Source: Pedosphaera sp.
GTDB lineage: Bacteria; Verrucomicrobiota; Verrucomicrobiia; Limisphaerales; SIBH01
Length of the DNA stretch: 58,339 nucleotides
Assembly: GCA_031414955.1 (NCBI GenBank)
Contig: JANOQV010000173.1
Location: 1 to 58,339, forward strand
Direction of reading: 5' to 3'
Shown here: positions 51,668 through 58,339 of the stretch, one piece after another
Numbering within the stretch: the stretch's first letter is position 1
Layout of the letters: each line of letters opens with the position of its first letter
Position numbers and translations under genes: made by a program
Notes under the pieces: model-generated
Databases searched by the model: none
What the model saw: the letters and a program-made list of their open reading frames with translations, nothing else
What the model was told of the DNA's origin: nothing

Positions 51668-53692
51668 CTATCTGGCCCGGGGATTCCGCATCACGTAGAA
51701 CCTTCCATCCTCCGCGCCGCCGAGGAAATCAGGCACGCCATCGCCATCGAAATCAGTCGCGGACGGGCTGACATCGTGACCTTCAATGTTTTGTTTTGCC
51801 AGCGTGCCGGCGTTTCGGAAGATCCATTGGCCATTCCTTTCGCCGACTTGCTGGAGGAGATCGGCGTTAGCGGAGTTGAGCAGGAAGTCGAACTTGCCAT
51901 CGCCATCCCAGTCGGTGACGCACAGCTTGCGGCGTCCGCTTGCGCCGCCGGATTTCGCGTTGAGTCGGAGCGGTTCCCCTTTCTCGTCCATGAAAGCCCG
52001 GCGGGGCGCACGGAGCGCCAGCTTGCCGTTCACCTTCGCTCGCTCGAAGAACGCGAGGTAGCCCTCGTGATCCAGCATCGCGAGGTCGGGCAGTCCGTCG
52101 TGATTGAAGTCGAAAATAATGGGCGTGGTGCGCCATTGCGTTTGCAACGCCCGACCTTGCGGCTTGCGCCAGCCCCAGGCGAGCGCGGGCTGCGGGCCGT
52201 TCCATTCCACTTCGATCGGTTGGGGTGCGACGAACTTCGGCGCGGTTCGTAGGCCGATGTTTTTCAACCACACCACCTCGCCGAGAATCGAGTTGAGCAC
52301 GATGTCGAGCCGGCCATCGCCGTCCCAATCGGCGACGTTGAGCGTGGTGTAGCCCCACTTGGCTTCCGCCGGGCCTTGGATGCTGCCGTTCGATCCAGCC
52401 ATCACGCGGAAGGGCTTGCCATCAATTTCAATCCGACTGGGTGCGGCCCATTTGGGCTGCACCACTTTTGGTCCGCTCAGGTTCTCGAAAAACTCGACGT
52501 AGCCCGCCGTGTTGCCGCTGACGATGTCGCCGTCGCCGTCGCCATCCCAGTCCACGCTCATTGGCGTGGCCAGCGCGCCGCACTTGAGCGTGTCGGCTTC
52601 CTGTTGGAAGTAAACCGGCGCGGCGAAAATGGGCGTCCGCTCGGCGTCGAACTTCCCGGTGTTCTCCACGAAGGCCACGCGCCCGTCCTCGTCGCCCACG
52701 ATGAGATCGAGGTCGCCATCCTTGTCCCAGTCGAAGGCGATGGGGACGATCATCTCTAAATCCATCGCCAGCCGCGCCCCGGTCCTGTCCTTCACCCGGC
52801 GGCCTCTTGCATAGCGCGGCTCAGTGCGTGTGCCGAGGTTTTCAAAATAGGTGAAGCCATCGAGGAATTCACCGCAGAGCAGATCCAGATCCCCATCGCC
52901 GTCGAAGTCCGCAAAGTTGGGTGACGGGCAACCGAACGTGTCCACCAACCCGCCCCCCGCCCGCACTAGGAACGGCTCGGCATAAGCATGGTCGCTGGTG
53001 GCGCGGAAGACGTGGACAAACCCGTGCAACGGTCCGTTCTGCCATTCTCCGCGCGCGTTCCATGCGTCGTCCCAGCCGTAGAAACTCCAGTCCTCGAGGC
53101 CCACGACCAGATCCTGCCGCCCGTCGCCGTCGTAGTCGGCGTAACGCCACTGGTTGTGCCGCACCTTTGGACCTTTGATCTGCGGGCCTTGCGGCTGGTA
53201 GAAATTCGCCTTCACCGGCAGGGAAGTTTTCTCGGTCAACCCGCTGTGGATGAAATTCGGATGCTCGCGGCCCGGCGTGAGCACTCGCAATTGACCATTC
53301 ACGTAGCTCGGCATGACGTAGTGCGCCGCGCTGCTGATGCGCCGCGCCGTCTTGAACACCGGGCGCTTGTGTTTCGCCGTGTCGCCCGTGGTGTTCTCGA
53401 AGAGATAGACGCCGTTCGACGGCTTGTCCGGGCACGACACGATCAGGTCATAGTCGCCATCGCCATCGGCATCGCATGGCACGGGCCAGGCCCACAATCC
53501 CACGCCCAGATCCACCACGAGGCCGGGATGATTGTAGGGCAGTCGTTCGAGTCCCGCCGCAAGGGAGATGAGGATGGATGGGCTGCAAACAAGAGTGATG
53601 GCCAACAGAATTTTTTGAGCCGTGCCGCCTTCGAAGCTAAACAGAGATGCCTTCCGCCGCGTCCCGACTGGTTTCATAAGCCTCGGTTTCAT
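51668..53692 (-). CDS. FG-GAP/VCBS repeat beta-propeller protein
   Basis: About eight D(W/F/Y)DGDGDxDL repeats. Confidence 0.9.
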   Translation of the reverse strand: MKPRLMKPVGTRRKASLFSFEGGTAQKILLAITLVCSPSILISLAAGLERLPYNHPGLVVDLGVGLWAWPVPCDADGDGDYDLIVSCPDKPSNGVYLFENTTGDTAKHKRPVFKTARRISSAAHYVMPSYVNGQLRVLTPGREHPNFIHSGLTEKTSLPVKANFYQPQGPQIKGPKVRHNQWRYADYDGDGRQDLVVGLEDWSFYGWDDAWNARGEWQNGPLHGFVHVFRATSDHAYAEPFLVRAGGGLVDTFGCPSPNFADFDGDGDLDLLCGEFLDGFTYFENLGTRTEPRYARGRRVKDRTGARLAMDLEMIVPIAFDWDKDGDLDLIVGDEDGRVAFVENTGKFDAERTPIFAAPVYFQQEADTLKCGALATPMSVDWDGDGDGDIVSGNTAGYVEFFENLSGPKVVQPKWAAPSRIEIDGKPFRVMAGSNGSIQGPAEAKWGYTTLNVADWDGDGRLDIVLNSILGEVVWLKNIGLRTAPKFVAPQPIEVEWNGPQPALAWGWRKPQGRALQTQWRTTPIIFDFNHDGLPDLAMLDHEGYLAFFERAKVNGKLALRAPRRAFMDEKGEPLRLNAKSGGASGRRKLCVTDWDGDGKFDFLLNSANADLLQQVGERNGQWIFRNAGTLAKQNIEGHDVSPSATDFDGDGVPDFLGGAEDGRFYVMRNPRAR

Positions 53693-55323
53693 TTCGTTTC
53701 ATTCCTTCGCTGCGTCCGGGCGGGCGTTTCTGGATCAGTAAATGGGGTTCGCTCAAACTTTAGTCCGTCGCCTGTCACGCGCGGGTCGCTGGTTTCGGTC
53801 AGCACTTTCATCAGACGGCGCGACATCAGGCCTTTCTCCACCAGGAACGAAGCTTCGCGGGCGACGTTCTGAACCTGGTCTGGATCGGAGCGCCGGTCGA
53901 AAAGCTCCTCCTCGGGACGCAGGGCGAACGCACGGTCGTAGAAGGGCTTGAACTGCTTTTCGCCCCGATGCGCGATGACCCACGCCTTGGTCGGGCTGGC
54001 ATCCATGTCTGGAAAGGCCGTGCGCGTGTTCCTCTCCAACTCGGTCGCGGACGGCTCGCCCGTGTCGGTCACCGCGTACGGCGCGCCCATCGGCCAGCGG
54101 TCCGGCGCGAAGTTGCGGACGTAGACAAAATCCTTGGTGTGAATCGCGCGCATCGGGTAGGGCAGGTTGCCTGCGCGCGCTGCTCCGACGTGACGTTCGC
54201 GGCCCGTCACCACGTAATCGCGCGTGGGATCGATCGCCCCGCTCCTGGTCGAGGTCAGTTGCGGAACAATGCTCCGTCCGCTCACGCCTGTCGGAATCTT
54301 CACGCCGCCGACTTCCATGAAGGTCGGCGCGAGGTCCATCAGGTTCACAAAGTCATCCACCACGCGGCCGCCCTTGCCCCCTGGCATGCGCGCCACCAGC
54401 GCCACGGCGGTGCCGAAACTGTAGAGGTTGCACTTGCCGCCGGGCACGCCGGGCATGCCGTGATCGCCGCTGATGACGATGACGGTGCGGTCGAGTTCGC
54501 CCGCTTCCTCCAACCGCTTCAGCAACACGCCGATGTAAGCGTCGTAAGCCTGGGCTTCGCCGAGATAATCCGCCACGTCCTCGCGCACTTCCGCCACATC
54601 GGGCAGGAACTTCGACATTTTCCCTTGCAGCGATTCCGGCTCGATGCCCCACAGCTTCTGGCCCGAGCCTTTGATCCAGGTGCGATGCGTCGTGGTGGGT
54701 CCGAACCAATAGAGCCAGGGCTGGCCGGGTTTTCGGTCGGCGAGGAAGGCGTCGAAGTTGCCGCGCACCTGATCGAGAATCTTCCCGCGCGCCTCGGCCA
54801 CGCTGACGCCATTCGACACCATCCGGCTCACCTCCTCGGAGAAGTTGTTCGGCATCCGCCCCGCTTTCTCATAGGCAAATTGCTGCCCGCCAAACGGCGC
54901 GTCGGCCGGCGTGCCGGGGCTCCACACCTTGTAGCTCTTGCCGATGTGATAGCCCGCGTCGCGCAGCAGCAGCGGGAAGCTCGGGATGTTCGTATTCCAC
55001 ACCGCGCCTTGCAGGATGGCGCCGCGATCCGTGTTCCACCAGTAACGTCCCGTGAGCAGCGCGCTGCGGCATGGCGTACAGGACGGCGCGGGCACGAAGG
55101 CGTGGCGAAACATCACCCCTTCGCGGGCGATGCGATCCACGTTCGGAGTCTTCACGACCTGATTCAGCGAAGGCCCGCCGTCCAGCTTGGCGTAACAACT
55201 GGCGTAGCGCCCCCAATCGTCTGCGAAGCAGAAAAGGATGTTGAGGCGGTTGGTCTCGACCGCCCGCAAGAACGGCGCGCAGCCCAGCCAACACACCAGG
55301 AGCAGTCGCGGAATAGTCGTCAT
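53689..55323 (-). CDS. Sulfatase
   Basis: NILFCFADDWG, SCTPCRSALLTG, GDHG, GRERH. Start at 55323 or 55359. Confidence 0.94.
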   Translation of the reverse strand: MTTIPRLLLVCWLGCAPFLRAVETNRLNILFCFADDWGRYASCYAKLDGGPSLNQVVKTPNVDRIAREGVMFRHAFVPAPSCTPCRSALLTGRYWWNTDRGAILQGAVWNTNIPSFPLLLRDAGYHIGKSYKVWSPGTPADAPFGGQQFAYEKAGRMPNNFSEEVSRMVSNGVSVAEARGKILDQVRGNFDAFLADRKPGQPWLYWFGPTTTHRTWIKGSGQKLWGIEPESLQGKMSKFLPDVAEVREDVADYLGEAQAYDAYIGVLLKRLEEAGELDRTVIVISGDHGMPGVPGGKCNLYSFGTAVALVARMPGGKGGRVVDDFVNLMDLAPTFMEVGGVKIPTGVSGRSIVPQLTSTRSGAIDPTRDYVVTGRERHVGAARAGNLPYPMRAIHTKDFVYVRNFAPDRWPMGAPYAVTDTGEPSATELERNTRTAFPDMDASPTKAWVIAHRGEKQFKPFYDRAFALRPEEELFDRRSDPDQVQNVAREASFLVEKGLMSRRLMKVLTETSDPRVTGDGLKFERTPFTDPETPARTQRRNETK

Positions 55324-55605
55324 GGGCCAAGCATGAAGGAAGCGCCGATTCGGATTCAACGCCAGAGTCCCGCGCGGGCCTCGGCCGGGCGCATCTGGCT
55401 GTGGTCAAGGTTGGATCGGGACGACTTGCTCCCGCTCCAACCCCTCGCCCCGGGGTGGTGTCGTCGGATTGGGCACCTTCTGCGGAGTCCGGCGAATTCC
55501 CCCTTGCGCCGTCAAAGGTCGCTCCTATAGTCCGCTCGCGAACGCCGCAGCAACCGGGAAATTTCGCCGCAGCGCCGCACTCAAACTCGAACTCAAAGGA
55601 AGATT

Positions 55606-56217
55606 ATGGCTTACCAATACGTAAACAAACAGGAGGCTCTGCTCGCCAAAGTGAAGGGCAAGACCGGCAAGATTTCCGACAAGACCCACGAAGAACACTT
55701 GAAGCTCTACACGGGCTACATCAACAAGACGAACGCGATCCTCAAGGAACTCGAGACGCTCTCGGCCACGCTCGACCCGGCGAATCCCGCGCACGCCAAC
55801 CAGATTTATTCCGAGATTCGCTCGCGCAAGGTGGACTTCACCTTCGCCCTCGGCGGCATCCTCAACCACGAGTTGTTCTTCGAGAACCTCGGCGGTTCCG
55901 GCGGCCCGGCCACCGGCAAGATTGCCGACCTGATCACCAAGAGCTTCGGCAGCTTCGATGCCTACAAGAAAGACTTGAAGGCCACCGGCATTGCCGCGCG
56001 CGGCTGGGTCTGGACCGGCTACGACGCGCAGACCGGCCTGCTTTTCAACTACCTCGGCGACGCGCAGAACACATTCCCCGTCTGGGGCGTGAAGCCCGTG
56101 CTCGCGCTGGACGTTTACGAGCACGCCTACTACGCGGACTTCTTCACCGCGCGCGCCGGCTACATTGATGAGTTCATGAACTTCGTGGACTGGGACGTGG
56201 TGAACGCCCGTCTCTGA
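55606..56217 (+). CDS. Fe/Mn superoxide dismutase
   Basis: H-x3-H-x2-LY, NHELFF, GWVW, ALDVYEHAYY. Confidence 0.95.
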   Translation: MAYQYVNKQEALLAKVKGKTGKISDKTHEEHLKLYTGYINKTNAILKELETLSATLDPANPAHANQIYSEIRSRKVDFTFALGGILNHELFFENLGGSGGPATGKIADLITKSFGSFDAYKKDLKATGIAARGWVWTGYDAQTGLLFNYLGDAQNTFPVWGVKPVLALDVYEHAYYADFFTARAGYIDEFMNFVDWDVVNARL

Positions 56218-56244
56218 AGCGTAGTTCTCGGTAACAGCAAAACG

Positions 56245-56278
56245 AAAGCGCGGTGGCTGCAAGGCCACCGCGCTTTTT
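56245..56278. terminator. Bidirectional Rho-independent terminator
   Basis: AAAGCGCGGTGGCT-GCAA-GGCCACCGCGCTTTTT. Confidence 0.85.
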
Positions 56279-56292
56279 GCTCTAAGAAACGA

Positions 56293-57315
56293 TTACTTCC
56301 CGTGCGGCACTTCCGCGTAGTGCTTGCGCAGCAGGTCTTCGCCGAAGTCGTTGTCAAAGTCGCGCCAGACGGCATGGATGTGGTTGGCGTTGTTCTGGGT
56401 GTTGTCGTACTCGATGAGGAACGTCGGCCCCTGCACACGATAGTAGTGCGGGTCGCCCTTCTCCAGTCCACCGGCCCACGCGAAATACGTTTTGTCCCAG
56501 CCAGCTTTCTCGATCTTCTTCAAGTCCATCATCGCGAGATCGCCACGCAGACGGTTCACGTACGCTTTCACGATGGCCTGCACTTGACCGGCCTGCTCCT
56601 TGGTCATCTTCGCCGTGCTCAGGCCGGTGGTTTCCAGCGGCAGCACCTTGCGCTTGTTGGTGGTCAGAACGTCCTTCGGCGCCACCGCGTCATACACCGC
56701 GACCTTGCGCTGTTCGTCGCTGAATGATTTCACCAACGCGCGACCCAAGTCTTCGTCCTCGGCCAGCACGCGCAAACCCTTGCGCGGTCCCTGCCGCACC
56801 TCGGCCGGATTGGTGCCGAAGAACGACGGCGTGCCCGAGAACACTTCGCCCTTCACGATGGTGAAGTTGACCGAGCAATGATGCCCCTCCACGCGCCAGC
56901 CCCAGGTGCCCGCCGCCTCGGGTGTGCCGAAAATGGAGACGTAGTAAAGCTCGCCATCGCGCACCATCGCGCCGGTTGGTCCCTCCAGTTCCTTGAGGAT
57001 GGGTTCAAGGCTGATGATGTTCGTGACTTTCTGATAACCCTGGGCGCTCAATCCACTGTTCAAGAGGGTATGGGCCAGCGCGCGCTGCGCGGGCGTCATG
57101 GCCTTGAGCGTGAGACCCTCGCGCACCTTGGGGATGAAATACCAATTGCTGCGCTCCTCCGACTTGAACGGGAACGCGGCCTTGGTCCGCTGTTCGGGCG
57201 TGAGCGATTCGAGGAATTTGTGGGCGGCGGAGGCCATTTCCTCGCCGGCGATATGTGCGCGGCAGGCGGTGGCCAGGCTAAGGATAACCAGGGGCAGAAA
57301 GAGCTTCGGTGTCAT
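56293..57315 (-). CDS. DUF3500 domain protein
   Basis: WGWRVEGHH, TPSFFG-NP, YYRVQGPTFLIEYDNTQ, NHIHAVWRD. Confidence 0.92.
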   Translation of the reverse strand: MTPKLFLPLVILSLATACRAHIAGEEMASAAHKFLESLTPEQRTKAAFPFKSEERSNWYFIPKVREGLTLKAMTPAQRALAHTLLNSGLSAQGYQKVTNIISLEPILKELEGPTGAMVRDGELYYVSIFGTPEAAGTWGWRVEGHHCSVNFTIVKGEVFSGTPSFFGTNPAEVRQGPRKGLRVLAEDEDLGRALVKSFSDEQRKVAVYDAVAPKDVLTTNKRKVLPLETTGLSTAKMTKEQAGQVQAIVKAYVNRLRGDLAMMDLKKIEKAGWDKTYFAWAGGLEKGDPHYYRVQGPTFLIEYDNTQNNANHIHAVWRDFDNDFGEDLLRKHYAEVPHGK

Positions 57316-57366
57316 GCGTGCAACTCAACGGCAACGGCTGGCAAAGGCAATGGCAAAATGCGGGAC

Positions 57367-57461
57367 GGAGCGCGGACGGCCATGTCCGCGCGATCTGAAG
57401 ACCGGGAAACCTTCGTGTCATGGAGAGGCTGATGAACACGCGGACTCGGCGATCCGCGCTC
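57367..57461. repeat. REP-like palindrome doublet
   Basis: GGAGCGCGGAC-ggccat-GTCCGCGC ... CGCGGA-ctcggcga-TCCGCGCTC. Confidence 0.7.
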
Positions 57462-57471
57462 GAAGCCCGGT

Positions 57472-58258
57472 TCACGGCTCTCGCACCTTCAGGATTTCCG
57501 TCCGCAACCGTCCCACGGTTTCCCCTGGCAATCGCGTGTCGAGTGTTCCCGGTGCCGGGCTTTCACGGTCCACATGGCCGTCCACGAAGGCAACATTCGC
57601 CCGCTGATGATGACGGAAGTGCGCATTGGGGTAAGTGGTGGAGGCGTCCGTTGCGTCGAGATAGTACCACTCCTCCAATAACGGATTGTCCGGCGCGGCC
57701 GGCGGCTGGAAATCATTGATCTGCGCCGCGTCGCCGAGGAGCGCGAGACCCGACGGATCACGAAGGTTCTCCACGCTGCGCGCACCGCCGGTCTCGTTGG
57801 TGGAGACATGCACATTGTAGCCGTAGCCATAAGAGGCACCCTTGGCCTTGAGCTTGAAATGCCCGCTCGAGTAATTGAGCGAGGGGCAAATCTCCACGCC
57901 CAGCCCGTTCACGTATTCGTAAAGTGGCCCCGGCTTCGCGTCGAAGGCTCGCTCCCCTTCCGCGCCGTCCTCGATCCAGCCGAACCAATAAATCTGGCCG
58001 CCATTCACATTCGTTCCCAGTTGAAATGGGAACGCCAGTCCTTCGTGGTCGTCCCAATACATCTGCGCGGCAAAGCCGAGTTGGCGCAAGTTACTCACGC
58101 ACTTGATACGCTTCGCAGTCTCCTTGCTGTGGCTCAACGCCGGCAGTAGCAAAGCGGCGAGAATGGCGATGATGGCAACAACCACGAGCAGTTCGATGAG
58201 GGTAAAGCCTGCGGAATGACGAATGACGAATGACGAATGATGGCGGGACAAGGTGCAT
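57472..58258 (-). CDS. Prepilin-type N-terminal cleavage/methylation protein with H-X9-DG motif (DUF1559-like); start ambiguous
   Basis: [50 protein letters not shown] 58258 is out of frame by one heptamer; TTG 58251 is in frame. Confidence 0.92.
58214..58241 (-). repeat. Heptamer tandem repeat (TCATTCG)4 in the prepilin leader
   Basis: Plus strand GAATGAC x3 plus GAATGAT. Confidence 0.92.
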
Positions 58259-58339
58259 CTTGACCGCGCCGAGAGCCGAAAGCGGCGCTGAAGCGTCCAC
58301 ACTCCAAACGCTGGCGCGCAGAACCACACGCCTCGTGCC

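Noticed and set aside
51668..53692. Repeats in the FG-GAP gene as a DNA repeat array
   Set aside because: These are ordinary protein-level propeller repeats with diverged codons.

Overview
GC-rich bacterial chromosomal segment, most likely Verrucomicrobiota subdivision 3 (Pedosphaerales/Limisphaerales-like). This is inferred from the DUF5069, TMEM14 and H-X9-DG prepilin genes, the sulfatases, the short ATP synthase delta subunit and the REP-like repeats. Contents in order: htpG (partial); a complete F0F1 operon atpBEFHAGDC interrupted by three accessory cassettes (an ORF6N DNA-binding gene, an antitoxin/ParE-RelE pair whose toxin has an in-frame TAG, and an AT-rich pair with a degenerate Fic/Doc-like protein); a MoxR ATPase; a frameshifted ABM gene; a STAS protein; holA; DUF151; DUF5069; clpB; a TIR-membrane fusion; a FliA/WhiG sigma factor behind a sigma54 promoter; a WYL regulator; rny and 5-FTHF cyclo-ligase; hrpB; a VTC-domain protein; recJ; TerC; DegQ; hpnH-hpnJ; tRNA-Val; sulfatases; a dksA-like/rpmG/rpsR cluster; tRNA-Pro; two LPS-kinase-like genes; sod; DUF3500; and a prepilin-type gene. 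The most notable unexplained signals are: (1) a 29-bp perfect palindrome that encodes the ORF6N motif LISQFAISK and has a near-identical non-coding copy, with a compensatory base change, directly upstream of the same gene; (2) heptamer tandem repeats sitting in-frame in unrelated proteins and at gene junctions, one of which could switch the prepilin gene's ATG in or out of frame; (3) repeated insertion of accessory cassettes into the essential atp operon. All family assignments come from motif recognition by eye. No database searches were run.
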